64,000 bases of DNA from Opitutales bacterium. GTDB lineage: Bacteria; Verrucomicrobiota; Verrucomicrobiia; Opitutales; UBA2987. A program made the translations under genes and the position numbers. Under the pieces are notes generated by a model. It was not told where the DNA came from and searched no databases. It saw only the letters and a list, made by a program, of their open reading frames with translations. This document shows, in pieces, positions 1 to 10,063 of this stretch; the first letter of the stretch is position 1; each line of letters starts with the position of its first letter. Location of the stretch: assembly GCA_965226885.1 (NCBI GenBank), contig CBDDEL010000014.1, positions 384,001-448,000 on the forward strand, read 5' to 3'.

Positions 1-755
1 GTGTAGTAGAGATCGGCCAAGTTGTTCAGGTCTGTTGCCACATAAGGGTGATTGGGGCCAAGAGCTTTCTCATCTATCGCCAGCGAGCGCTTGTAGAGCG
101 GCTCGGCCGGCCCGTATTGGCCTTGGGTGCGGTAGAGCGCCGCGAGGTTGTTCAGGCTCTGGGCCACATCGGGATGGTCCGGCCCCAGCGCCTTCTCTCT
201 TATCGCCAACGCGCGCTTATAGAGCGGCTCGGCCTGTGCGTAATGGCCTTGGGTGTAGTAGAGTACGGCAAGGTTGTTCAGGCTCTGGGCCACATCGGGA
301 TGGTCCGGCCCCAGCGCCTTCTCTCTTATCGCCAACGCGCGCTTGTAGAGCGGCTCGGCCTGTGCGTAATGGCCTTGGGTGTAGTAGAGTGCGGCCAGGC
401 TGTTCAGGTCTGCTGCCACATAAGGGTGATTGAGGCCAAGAGCTTTCTCATCTATCGCCAGCGAGCGCTTGTAGAGCGGCTCGGCCGGACCGTACTGGCC
501 TTGGGCCATGTAGGGCAACGCGAGGTTGTTCAGGCTCGCGGCCACATCGGGATGATTGGGGCCGACGTTTTTCTCGGCTACTTTGAGGGCCTTCTTTGCG
601 ACCACGACTGCGCGGTCGTATTTGCCCTCCTGATAGAGCGTCTGCGCCTCTTGATTTAAGGTTTCCCATTCAGCGCCCGTATTTTGGGTGCAGGCAGGAA
701 ACGCACTCAGCAGTAGTAACGCAAGCATTGCGAGTGCTGGTGCAATTTTTTTCAT
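1..755 (-). CDS. Secreted tetratricopeptide-repeat protein (kinesin-light-chain-type 42-aa TPR); 3' end runs off the window
   Basis: My translation from ATG at 755 (RBS GAGGTGAG): MKKIAPALAMLALLLLSAFPACTQ..., then tandem repeats AEPLYKRALAIREKALGPDHPDVAQSLNNLA with a 126-bp period. Missing from the ORF track because there is no stop in the window. Confidence 0.9.
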   Translation of the reverse strand, partial: MKKIAPALAMLALLLLSAFPACTQNTGAEWETLNQEAQTLYQEGKYDRAVVVAKKALKVAEKNVGPNHPDVAASLNNLALPYMAQGQYGPAEPLYKRSLAIDEKALGLNHPYVAADLNSLAALYYTQGHYAQAEPLYKRALAIREKALGPDHPDVAQSLNNLAVLYYTQGHYAQAEPLYKRALAIREKALGPDHPDVAQSLNNLAALYRTQGQYGPAEPLYKRSLAIDEKALGPNHPYVATDLNNLADLYY

Positions 756-949
756 TCTCACCTCGTTACTGCGCCTATGAGAGTTAATGTTTTAGTATTG
801 TACGGGCTTTGCCTACGCAAACGGGCAAACGGGTATTGCAGATATATTTTGTTGGACTCAACCGATGGGGGCAAGGTTAAAGAGTGGTTTTCAGGAGCGT
901 TGGCTGAGAGTAGTCAGCAGAAGCCATACCATAGTAGGTTCATGCGGGT

Positions 950-1705
950 TTACTTGGCTGTGAAACCGCCGTCTATGGTTATGGCTTGGCCGGTGATGAA
1001 TGTGGCTGAATCCGAACAGAGCCAGACGACCGCTTGGGCGATTTCTTCGGGCAGACCCATGCGGCCTATCGGGTGGAGGGCATTGAACTTTTTTTCTGTC
1101 TCCGGTTTATCTTCGATGAGGCGCAGCGTCATGGGTGTGCGGATGAAACCGGGGCAAACGGCGTTGACGCGGATTCCTTTTGGGCCATAATCCAGGGCCG
1201 CTGTTTTGGTCAGCCCGACCACCCCGTGTTTGGCGGCCACATAAGCCGAGCTTCCTCCGCCTACCAATCCATAAATCGAAGAGGTGTTGACGATCACCCC
1301 GACGCCTTGTTTGAGCATCTGACGGATTTCATATTTCATGCACAACCACACGCCCTTGAGGTTGATAGAGAGGACCCTGTCCCATGAGTCTTCCGGGTAA
1401 TCCGCAACCGGGGTGTCCGCCACGCCTAGAATTCCGGCATTATTAAAAGCGCAATCGAGGCGGCCATAGCTCTCGACTGTTTTCCCGACCATGGCCTCGA
1501 CCTCCGGGGCGAGCGACACATCGGCTTTAATGAAGAGGGCCTCAGCTCCTTTTTCTTCGATCAAGCCCACGGACTCCTCCGCGCCTTGAACGTCTAAATC
1601 AACAACAACGACTTTGGCGCCTTCCGCGGCCAAAGCCAGCGCCGTCGAGCGGCCAATCCCGGAAGCCCCACCCGTCACCAGAACCACTTTATTATCCAGA
1701 ATCAT
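950..1705 (-). CDS. Short-chain dehydrogenase/reductase (glucose 1-dehydrogenase/FabG-like)
   Basis: TGGASGIG, NNAG, YxxxK (YVAAK) and C-terminal IDGG motifs. Confidence 0.93.
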   Translation of the reverse strand: MILDNKVVLVTGGASGIGRSTALALAAEGAKVVVVDLDVQGAEESVGLIEEKGAEALFIKADVSLAPEVEAMVGKTVESYGRLDCAFNNAGILGVADTPVADYPEDSWDRVLSINLKGVWLCMKYEIRQMLKQGVGVIVNTSSIYGLVGGGSSAYVAAKHGVVGLTKTAALDYGPKGIRVNAVCPGFIRTPMTLRLIEDKPETEKKFNALHPIGRMGLPEEIAQAVVWLCSDSATFITGQAITIDGGFTAK

Positions 1706-1748
1706 TTATCCAGCATCCTGCCACAAGAATTGCAGAAGAACCATTAAA

Positions 1749-3047
1749 TTAATATAAAGCGCCCGCGATGGTGGCGGTCATGAGGGTGGCGGTGGTTCCG
1801 GCGATGACGGCGCGGAAGGCCATTGTGGCCAGGTTGGACCTCTGTTTGGGGGCGAGCGCCGATATGCCGCCGATCTGAATCCCCATGCTGGTAAAACTGG
1901 CAAATCCGCAGAGGGCGTAAGTCGAAATGAGAATGGATTTTTCGTCCGTCAGGTGCCCGGCATCGATCAATTCCTTGAGGTGGGCGTAGGCCACGAATTC
2001 GTTGAGGGCGAGCTTTTCCCCAAATAGCTGCCCGACCACCAAAATGCTGTCCGGATCGACCCCCACCAGCAGGGCCACGGGGGCAAAGAACACTCCAAAA
2101 AGAAAACTCAGCTTGAGGCCCTCGAAAACACCATCGGTTTTTGTTGCGATGATTTCGTTGATACCGGTCCAGGAACCGATCCACTCCAGCGTTATGTAAT
2201 CGAGCATCGCCATGAGGGCCAGGAAAACCAGCACGATGGCCCCCACATTGACGGCCAGGCGAATGCCTTGAGCGGTTCCCGTGGTAATTGCGTCGAACAG
2301 GTTTTCACCGATAGCTTCCTTGGAAATTTTCAGGTTTTTATCGATTGTCTCCCGTTCGGGCAGGAACATCTTGGCGCAAATAATGGCGCTGGGGGCCGCC
2401 ATGATGGAGGCGCTGATGAGGTGCCTGCCGATTTCGATTTTTTTAGCCGCGTCGTCGCCTCCCAAAATCTCGATGTAGGTGACCAGCACGGCCCCCGCCA
2501 GGGTGGCAAAACCTCCCGTCATGAGGCAGAAAATTTCCGAACGGGTCATACGCTCAAGGTAGGGCCGGATAATGAGCGGTGCCTCGATTTGCCCGACAAA
2601 TACGTTGGCCGCCACCACCAGGCTTTCCGCCCCGGATAGGTGCATCGTTTTGTGCATGATCCAGGCGAAAGCGTAAACGATTCTTTGTAGAATTCCCAGG
2701 TAGTAGAGCGTCGTCGTCAAGGCGGAGAAAAAGACAATGGAGGGGAGCACCTTAAAGGCAAAGATAGCGCCGATCGATCGGTCGGTCGGCAATTCACCGA
2801 AAAGGAAAGAAGATCCCGCCACCGAAAAATCCAGTAGTTTATAAACAAATAAAGAAATCCTGCCAATGGCATCGCTGATCGGTGGCACTTTCAAAACAAG
2901 AACGGCAATAAGCAATTGCAGTCCGAAACCGCCGGCCACCAAACGCCAGTTGATATTCTTGCGGTCAGAACTGCAAAAATAGAGAAAGGCGTACAATCCG
3001 GCGAGCCCCAGAGCACCCCTGGTTAAATTAATTAACGTTTCCGTCAT
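1749..3047 (-). CDS. Concentrative nucleoside transporter (NupC/NupX, CNT family)
   Basis: Multi-TM protein with CNT motifs NVFVGQIEAPLIIRPY, GGFATLAG, NEFVAY, CGFASFTSMGIQIGG. Confidence 0.92.
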   Translation of the reverse strand: MTETLINLTRGALGLAGLYAFLYFCSSDRKNINWRLVAGGFGLQLLIAVLVLKVPPISDAIGRISLFVYKLLDFSVAGSSFLFGELPTDRSIGAIFAFKVLPSIVFFSALTTTLYYLGILQRIVYAFAWIMHKTMHLSGAESLVVAANVFVGQIEAPLIIRPYLERMTRSEIFCLMTGGFATLAGAVLVTYIEILGGDDAAKKIEIGRHLISASIMAAPSAIICAKMFLPERETIDKNLKISKEAIGENLFDAITTGTAQGIRLAVNVGAIVLVFLALMAMLDYITLEWIGSWTGINEIIATKTDGVFEGLKLSFLFGVFFAPVALLVGVDPDSILVVGQLFGEKLALNEFVAYAHLKELIDAGHLTDEKSILISTYALCGFASFTSMGIQIGGISALAPKQRSNLATMAFRAVIAGTTATLMTATIAGALY

Positions 3048-3048
3048 C

Positions 3049-3849
3049 GGTAGTGTATTAAGTAGGAATGGTGGCTAATTCTTGATTATATTGATGAATG
3101 AAAAGTCTCAGACAGGTTTCATGCATACTCTTAAGCTTGGAAAAGGAGAGGGTTTTGCGTGTGAAACGACCCAGTCGTTGGCGCAGGGTATTGTTCCATC
3201 GTTCCACATGGGCCGTTTCACCGGTTTCTTTTCCCACGGATCGGTTATGAGGAAAGACTTCATCATAAGTGCTCCAAAAGTCGCTGTAGGTGGCACATCT
3301 TTTGTAGGCCCGTGGCAGACGCTCGTAAAGTTCCCGGCAACGATACCAATCCCGAGGCCCAATGGCATAGGAGAGGATTTGACGGGTGCGTCGGCAAAGA
3401 GCGATCCAAACCCATTGGGCATCGCTCTTGCGCCCCACAAAAGACCACAGTTCGTCCAGTTCAATGACATCATGGCGGCGGGCCGCAAGAATCGTGCTTT
3501 TGAGCGGTCGCAGCGATTGTCGTTTTTTTTAACCAACTCAAAACGGTGTTGGGACTCACCCCGAAGGCGCGCTGTAAACCGCGTAGACTGCTGCGTTCCT
3601 GATAGACTCGAAGGATCATTTCTTTTTGCTCTTCGGTGTATTTCACTGTGGGGTTTTGCGGCTTTGTTTACCACAATCATGGCAGCGGTAGCGCTGTTTA
3701 TGGTTGGGCGTCTTGCCAAATTTAATGATATTTTCACTTCCACAGTGCCGACAATTAATAATTTTAGTAACCATGCACTAAGAATAAACTGCCTAACGCT
3801 ATTTGTACAGCTAAAAATACAAAATAACATCCTTTTTTTATACACTACC
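3049..3849 (-). mobile_element. IS1-family element type A, copy 1 (insA frameshifted by a 1-bp deletion)
   Basis: IRs GGTAGTGTA/TACACTACC; InsB motif ERWNNTLRQRLGRFTRKTLSFSK; lacks one C near 3657 relative to the other copies; no target duplication. Confidence 0.93.
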
Positions 3850-3941
3850 CGTTTTTGTACCTGTCGGGGGTTCGAGTACTTTTGCATGGCCGGTGTAGGG
3901 CGCTACTGAACTGAATGTTAAAGAAGAATTTTTGAATAAAA

Positions 3942-4247
3942 TTAAGGCAGGTTGATGAGTTGCTTTTTAGGTTTTGGCGGATGTTTGTAAAATATTGCCA
4001 TGCTGCCGATGAGGCCAATTTGGTGACAGGCGGCGGCTTTTTGCACTTGGTTGGCCAGGGTTATTCTGTCTTCGCGTTTACCTGGTAATTTAATTTTAAT
4101 TAATTCCTCACGTTCGAGGGCGGTTTTTAGATCTTTGATGATGTTTTCGGTGAGACCGTTTTTTCCAATAACCATTTTCGGTTTCAAGCCCATAGCCAAA
4201 CCTTTGAGGTATTTATTCTGTGCACTGGTGAGGGTTGGCGTTGGCAT
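3942..4247 (-). CDS. yhbY: YhbY/CRM-domain RNA-binding protein
   Basis: LTSAQNKYLKGLAMGLKPKMVIGKNGLT...ELIKIKL signature; likely ATG at 4247. Confidence 0.88.
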   Translation of the reverse strand: MPTPTLTSAQNKYLKGLAMGLKPKMVIGKNGLTENIIKDLKTALEREELIKIKLPGKREDRITLANQVQKAAACHQIGLIGSMAIFYKHPPKPKKQLINLP

Positions 4248-4260
4248 GGCAGCGAAGGCG

Positions 4261-6936
4261 CTAATCGTTTTTAAGGAGTGACTGGAGGGCGTCCGGCAAG
4301 GATTCGATATCACTTCCGCCGCCCATGGCGAAGTCGGGTTTGCCGCCACCTTTGCCGCCCAATTTGGCGGAGAGTTGGCGGATGATGTCACCGGCTTTAT
4401 GGCCTTGGCTGATGGCTTCGTTTGAGGAGAGGGCGAGAAGGGTGGCCTTGCTGCCGAATACCGCGCCCAGAACGATCACCGCGGGGCCCGTTTTTCTGGA
4501 TATTTCAACGGCCAATTTTCTGAGGTCGCCGGGATTGGCCACATCGACTTTGGCCGCTACCCATTTTAGATCCCCGATTTCTTTTGCATCAGCGGCCAAA
4601 TTATCAGCCAGGGCGGTAGTCCCTTGACGGCGGAAATTGCGGAGTTCGTCCTCCTGGCTTTTACGCTGTTGAAGAAGGGAAGCTAATCTTTGGCCAAGCT
4701 CGGCCAGTGGGCAGGAGAGTTGGTGGGCGAGGGTGTTTAAAAGTTGGAAGTTTTTTTCTACCAGCGAAAAGGCGCTTTCTCCAACCACCGCCTCGACGCG
4801 CCGGGTGCCCGCGGCAATGGCCGATTCGTGGACAATTTTAAGCAGACCGATTTCACCGGTGGCCCGCCCATGGGTGCCGCCGCAAAGTTCGAGGGACCAT
4901 CCCCCGATATCCACCACGCGGACGATTTCCCCGTATTTTTCACCAAAAAATGCGATGACGTTATCCGGTTTTTGGGCAAAGGGGACCTCATACCAATCGA
5001 TGGCCACATTTTCCAGAAGCCGTTGGTTGGCCAGCAACTCGATCTGTTGGAGTTTCTCTTTGCCGGGGGCTTCAAAATGGGCGAAATCGAATCGCAAACG
5101 ATCTTCCGCCACCAAGGAACCGGCTTGGCGGACATGAGCCCCGAGGACTTTGCGGAGGGCCCAATGGAGAACATGGGTGGCGCTGTGATGGCGTTGGATG
5201 GCTTTTCGGCGGGGCACATCGACCGACAATTGGGCAGGTTTTCCAATCGAGTCGCTGCTCAGTAAGTCCGCGTCATCCATTTGATGCAGGTAACGGCCGG
5301 AGTCGTCACTAATGGTATCGACGACCCGAAATGACTTTCCCTCGATTTGGACAATACCGGTATCGCCCAATTGGCCGCCCATTTCCGCGTAAAAAGGCGT
5401 TTGACGAAAAATCAGGAAAGATTTGCCATCGGCATCGACCCGGTCGAGTAGTTCCGTTTGATGGTTAGTGAGGTTTTCTTCCTCGAACCCCACGAATTCT
5501 GTTTTTTGGGTGTCCTGATCATTTTCCGAAACCTCGATAGCGGTTTTTTTCTGGGCGGCCCGGCCCCTGGCCCGCTGTTTTTCCATTTCTTGAGCAAAAC
5601 CATCGAGATCGACTTTGAGGTGGCGTTCGCGGGCGATTATCTGGGTGAGGTCGATGGGGAAACCATAAGTATCGTAGAGTTGAAAGGCGTCCCGGCCGCT
5701 GATGATGGCAGAATTTTCCTGAGTAATTTTTTCGAACAGTTGCAGGCCGCGGTCGATGGTGCGCTCGAAGGATTCTTCCTCCGAGGCGATGACTCTGCGG
5801 ATCACTTCGCGGTGTTCGACCAGTTCCGGAAAGACGGCGGCCAGTTTTTCCTCCACCGAATCGGCCAGTTTGACGAAAGATGAAGCTGGCAGATCGAGGT
5901 GACGCGAAAACAGGACGGCGCGGCGCAAGATTCGGCGCAGGACGTAGTTGCGGCCTTCGTTGCCGGGCAGAATGCCGTCGGCGATGGCGCAGGAGAGGGT
6001 GCGGATGTGATCGGCCAGGACGCGAAAGGAACAGTCTTTCAATTCCCCATCGCTCATTTTGTCGGGATCGTTCGGGACCGTGCCACAGTAACGATGCTCG
6101 GACAACTCTTCCAAATGCCGGAAAATATCGGTAAACAAATCGCAGTCGTAATTGCTGGGAGCTTTGGAGAAATCGATGAAATTATTTGTCGTGGCCATGA
6201 TTCCGGCCACGCGCTCGAAACCCATTCCGGTGTCCACATGCTGGGCGGAGAGGGGTTTGTAAGAACCATCCTGGCCAGCGTTGAACTGGATGAATACGAG
6301 GTTCCAGATTTCGATGCAAAGCGGGGAATCCTTATTAACGAGGCTGCCACCGGTATCACCATCGGGCGTCAGGTCCATGTGGATTTCGCTGCATGGACCG
6401 CAGGGGCCAGTATCGCCCATCATCCAGAAATTATCCTTTTTGTCCCAGGCCTGGATGTGTTTCTTTGGGTCCAAACCGCTTTTGGTGAAAACTTCGGTCC
6501 AATGATCCCACGCCTCACGGTCGAATTCCGCCGGATCGCCTTCAGCCGGTTTATAAACGGTTACGTAGAGCCTTTCCTTGGGAAAACCCCACACCTCTGT
6601 CAATAATTCCCAGGCCCATTCGATGGCTTCTTTTTTAAAATAATCGCCGAAGGACCAGTTGCCGAGCATTTCAAAAAAGGTGTGGTGGTAGGTGTCCAGG
6701 CCGACATCATCGAGGTCGTTATGTTTGCCCCCTGCGCGAATGCATTTCTGGGTATTGGCAATTCTGAATTGGGCGGCGGGACGTTCCCCCAGGAAGTGAG
6801 GCACAAACTGATTCATGCCCGCATTGGTGAAGAGGAGATTGGGCGCGGTCGGCAGGAGAGAGGCCGAAGGCGTAATTTGGTGGCCTTTTTCCTTGAAAAA
6901 ATCGAAGAATGATTGCCGGATTTCGTCAGATTTCAT
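4261..6936 (-). CDS. alaS: Alanine--tRNA ligase
   Basis: LLFTNAGMNQF, HHTFFEMLGNWSFGDYFK, DTGMGFER, editing-domain HSATH...ELCGGTH, C-terminal GGKGGG. Confidence 0.99.
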   Translation of the reverse strand: MKSDEIRQSFFDFFKEKGHQITPSASLLPTAPNLLFTNAGMNQFVPHFLGERPAAQFRIANTQKCIRAGGKHNDLDDVGLDTYHHTFFEMLGNWSFGDYFKKEAIEWAWELLTEVWGFPKERLYVTVYKPAEGDPAEFDREAWDHWTEVFTKSGLDPKKHIQAWDKKDNFWMMGDTGPCGPCSEIHMDLTPDGDTGGSLVNKDSPLCIEIWNLVFIQFNAGQDGSYKPLSAQHVDTGMGFERVAGIMATTNNFIDFSKAPSNYDCDLFTDIFRHLEELSEHRYCGTVPNDPDKMSDGELKDCSFRVLADHIRTLSCAIADGILPGNEGRNYVLRRILRRAVLFSRHLDLPASSFVKLADSVEEKLAAVFPELVEHREVIRRVIASEEESFERTIDRGLQLFEKITQENSAIISGRDAFQLYDTYGFPIDLTQIIARERHLKVDLDGFAQEMEKQRARGRAAQKKTAIEVSENDQDTQKTEFVGFEEENLTNHQTELLDRVDADGKSFLIFRQTPFYAEMGGQLGDTGIVQIEGKSFRVVDTISDDSGRYLHQMDDADLLSSDSIGKPAQLSVDVPRRKAIQRHHSATHVLHWALRKVLGAHVRQAGSLVAEDRLRFDFAHFEAPGKEKLQQIELLANQRLLENVAIDWYEVPFAQKPDNVIAFFGEKYGEIVRVVDIGGWSLELCGGTHGRATGEIGLLKIVHESAIAAGTRRVEAVVGESAFSLVEKNFQLLNTLAHQLSCPLAELGQRLASLLQQRKSQEDELRNFRRQGTTALADNLAADAKEIGDLKWVAAKVDVANPGDLRKLAVEISRKTGPAVIVLGAVFGSKATLLALSSNEAISQGHKAGDIIRQLSAKLGGKGGGKPDFAMGGGSDIESLPDALQSLLKND

Positions 6937-7015
6937 GGGATTTTAGAAAAATTGAACTTAATACTTTTTTAACCACAGATTACGCAGATTACTGCAGGTA
7001 TTGAAAGAATAGACC

Positions 7016-8119
7016 TTATTCCAGGTGGGAAAGTATGGCCTCTGCCATTTGCCGGGTGGTGACGCTTTCAGTTTCAAAGGCTATATCGCTCGTTCTAATG
7101 CCGGATGAGATTGCTTTGTGAACCGCTTTTTCGATTTCTTCAGCGGCGGCGGATTGGCCGAAGCTGTGGCGGAGCATGAGGGCGGCGCTGAGGATTTGCG
7201 CGCAGGGATTGGCGATGCCTTTCCCGGCGATGCTGGGAGCGGTTCCGCCAGCCGGTTCATAGAGGCCGAAGGGCAGGCCGTGGCAATTTTTTCCGGTTCC
7301 CAGGCTGGCCGATGCGAGCATCCCGAGTGAACCGCAAACGGATGCCATGAGGTCGGAGAGGATGTCGCCAAACATGTTTTCGGTCAGGAGAACATCGAAT
7401 TGTCCTGGGTCGCTGGCCATTTGCATGGCGGCGTTGTCCACATAGAGGTGGCTTAATTCGATTTCGGGCGCTTTGTTGGAAATATAATTGACGACCGTTT
7501 CGCGCCAGAGGATGGAGGTGGCGAGAACATTGGCTTTATCCACGGAGCAGATTTTCTTTCCGCGACCGAGGGCCGTTTGAATGGCCACTTCCGTAATGCG
7601 CTCAATTTCCGAGGTGCGGTAAATCATGGTATCGACGGCTTCTTTTTCGCCATTGTCGAGTGTTCTTGTTGTCTTGGGTTGGCCGAAGTAAATGCCGCCC
7701 GTCAATTCGCGCACGCAAACCAGGTCGATGCCTTGGGGAATACGGGCCAGTTTAATGGGAGAGGCATCGACAAGCTCGGGGTAAAGAAGGCCCGGCCTGA
7801 GATTGGCAAAAAGGGAAAAGGCTTTGCGCAGGGGTAAAAGGGCAGCCCTCTCCGGTTGTTCGGCGGGGGGCAGATGCTCCCATTGGGGGCCGCCGATGGA
7901 GCCGAAAAGAATGGCCTCGCTTTGGCGGCAGGCCTCCAGGGTATCGGCGGGAAGGGCGGTGCCCTGGCGGTCGATGGCGATGCCGCCGACATCGTATTCC
8001 GTGTAATCGAGGGCGAATTGATGTTTGCTGGCGATGTGGTTGAGCACTTTAAGCGCTGCGTCCATGACTTCCGGGCCGATGCCGTCGCCGGGCAAGACTG
8101 TAAATTTGAGGGTTTCCAT
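7016..8119 (-). CDS. leuB: 3-isopropylmalate dehydrogenase
   Basis: GDGIGPEV, RELTGGIYFG, VDKANVL, NMFGDILSD, ANPCAQILSAALML. Confidence 0.97.
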   Translation of the reverse strand: METLKFTVLPGDGIGPEVMDAALKVLNHIASKHQFALDYTEYDVGGIAIDRQGTALPADTLEACRQSEAILFGSIGGPQWEHLPPAEQPERAALLPLRKAFSLFANLRPGLLYPELVDASPIKLARIPQGIDLVCVRELTGGIYFGQPKTTRTLDNGEKEAVDTMIYRTSEIERITEVAIQTALGRGKKICSVDKANVLATSILWRETVVNYISNKAPEIELSHLYVDNAAMQMASDPGQFDVLLTENMFGDILSDLMASVCGSLGMLASASLGTGKNCHGLPFGLYEPAGGTAPSIAGKGIANPCAQILSAALMLRHSFGQSAAAEEIEKAVHKAISSGIRTSDIAFETESVTTRQMAEAILSHLE

Positions 8120-8275
8120 TGGCAGATTTTCAGGTTTCAGGACTTCATGCCCTGTCTATTGCTTCATTTTTCGTAATAAATTCGTTTGATTGGAAGAAGA
8201 AAATGGCGGTAACGGGGCCATGATTCGAGAAAAAACTCGTTGCCAGCGGCACGACGGACGGCAATCTCGCTGGCA

Positions 8276-8914
8276 ATGGAAATACAGGTTTTTTCGCTTC
8301 CTCCTATCGAGACCAATGCTTACCTGCTCCTGCATAAGGAAATGGGTGAGGCGGTTCTTTTTGACGCTCCCATGAATGCCTGGCAGGCAATTGAACCGAA
8401 GCTACGGGGGGCCGGGTGCGCTTTAAAGGGCCTGTATCTTACTCATGGGCACTGGGATCACATCCTGGATGTAGCCCGATTCGTGGAGGCGGGCATCCCT
8501 GTCCATGCCCACCGTGACGATCTCGGCATGATCGAAAATCCATCCGAAATGGCGGAATTTGTGGTTCCAGGCATTTCTTTGGAAGGTGGAAAAATCGATC
8601 ATTTTCTGGAGGAAGGGCAGGAATTTACCCTTCTGGGCGAGGCGGTGGAGGTCAGGCATGTGCCGGGGCATTGCCCGGGAAGCCTGCTGTTTTATTTTTC
8701 CGGATTAGAACTGGCCATCTGTGGAGACGCCGTTTTTGCCGGGAGCATTGGGCGGACCGATTTTCCCGGTTGCAGCTCCGGGCAACTGCTTTCTTCCATC
8801 AAGGAAAAAATTTTTACCCTCCCGGATGAGACAAAGCTTTGTCCCGGACATGGTTACACCACTTCAGTAGGTGTGGAGAAGAAAACCAATCCGTTTCTGC
8901 GCAGTTTGGTCTGA
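8276..8914 (+). CDS. Metallo-beta-lactamase-fold hydrolase (glyoxalase II/YcbL-like)
   Basis: THGHWDH, PGHCPG, GRTDFPG, PGHG, EKKTNPF; ATG at 8276 preferred over TTG 8240. Confidence 0.92.
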   Translation: MEIQVFSLPPIETNAYLLLHKEMGEAVLFDAPMNAWQAIEPKLRGAGCALKGLYLTHGHWDHILDVARFVEAGIPVHAHRDDLGMIENPSEMAEFVVPGISLEGGKIDHFLEEGQEFTLLGEAVEVRHVPGHCPGSLLFYFSGLELAICGDAVFAGSIGRTDFPGCSSGQLLSSIKEKIFTLPDETKLCPGHGYTTSVGVEKKTNPFLRSLV

Positions 8915-8931
8915 GTCTTTTGTTTTTTTAA

Positions 8932-10062
8932 ATGAAATCGTCTGTCGATACTGAGTTTATGAAAAGGGCTGTGGCGGCGGCCCGGAAGGGTTGGGGGGCC
9001 ACTCATCCCAATCCCATGGTGGGCGCTGTAATCGTGGAAAAGGGTGAAATGGTTTCCGAAGGGCATCATGCCGCCGCTGGTGGGCCCCATGCCGAAATTG
9101 CCGCTTTGAGGAATTTAAACCGCAGCCCATCGAGGGAAATGACTCTTTATTCGACCCTGGAACCTTGCTGCACTCATGGGAAAACGCCGCCTTGCACGGA
9201 GGCCATCATTGGGTCCGGGATCGGGCGGGTTGTTGTGGGTACAACCGATCCCAACCCCCTGCATGTGGGCAATGGCTTTGAACAATTGCGGAGCGCCGGG
9301 ATCGAAGTGGTCGAGGGCATTTTGCGGGATGAATGCGAGGATTTGAATTTGATTTTTAATCACTGGATTACGCGGGGGGAGCCTCTGGTGGCCGGTAAAA
9401 TTGCCACCACCATCGATGGCCGTATCGCGACCAGAAGCGGTCAATCGCAGTGGATTACTGGAGAAGAGGCGCGGGCGGATGTCATGCGGTGGCGACGGCT
9501 CTTTCCCGCCATTGCGGTAGGCGCGGGGACAGTATTGGCTGATAACCCTAGCCTGACCAGCCGATTGGGGGGCGAGGTCTGGTGCCCCCTGCGGTTTGTT
9601 TTCGACACCGGACTGCGGACGGTAGAGAAGCCCGAACTGAATCTTTTTTGCGATGAGCATAGGGAGCGGACCATTGTGGTGGCGGGTGAAAATGTGGACA
9701 TTGATCTATTGCAGTCATTAAAAAACAGGGGAATCCAGCATTGGGTTTTGCCTGAAGACGGCTCCGGCAGGCCGGATTTGAAGGCTTTCATGGGGAAATG
9801 CCGGGAGAGGGAAATAACCGGCGTATTTATAGAGGGCGGGGTCTCTTTGCTCAGTTCGTTTCTGCGGGGAAGACTTTTATCCTACCTATTCGCCTATCGG
9901 GGCGCCCTGATTTTTGCCGATGATGAGGCCCGGGGCGTCTTTGGCGGCAAGAAAACGCTCGCCATTGAGGATGGAATCTGCTTGCATAAGGCGTTGCATT
10001 CGAGTTTTGGCAGCGATCAATTAATGCGTGGTTTTTTGGCCTATCCCGAATCCTGGAACTGA
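8932..10062 (+). CDS. ribD: Riboflavin biosynthesis deaminase/reductase RibD
   Basis: PNPMVGAVI, HAE, TLEPCCTHGKTPPC, SQWITGE, IEGG. Confidence 0.97.
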   Translation: MKSSVDTEFMKRAVAAARKGWGATHPNPMVGAVIVEKGEMVSEGHHAAAGGPHAEIAALRNLNRSPSREMTLYSTLEPCCTHGKTPPCTEAIIGSGIGRVVVGTTDPNPLHVGNGFEQLRSAGIEVVEGILRDECEDLNLIFNHWITRGEPLVAGKIATTIDGRIATRSGQSQWITGEEARADVMRWRRLFPAIAVGAGTVLADNPSLTSRLGGEVWCPLRFVFDTGLRTVEKPELNLFCDEHRERTIVVAGENVDIDLLQSLKNRGIQHWVLPEDGSGRPDLKAFMGKCREREITGVFIEGGVSLLSSFLRGRLLSYLFAYRGALIFADDEARGVFGGKKTLAIEDGICLHKALHSSFGSDQLMRGFLAYPESWN

Positions 10063-10063
10063 A

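Noticed and set aside
35..659. Plus-strand repetitive ORFs (132 and 203 aa)
   Set aside because: Antisense shadows of the minus-strand TPR gene, which has an RBS, a signal peptide and canonical TPR motifs.
6960..6995. TTTTAACCACAGATT...CAGAT motif, similar to 18665-18725
   Set aside because: Possibly a dispersed intergenic repeat, but two degenerate copies are insufficient evidence.
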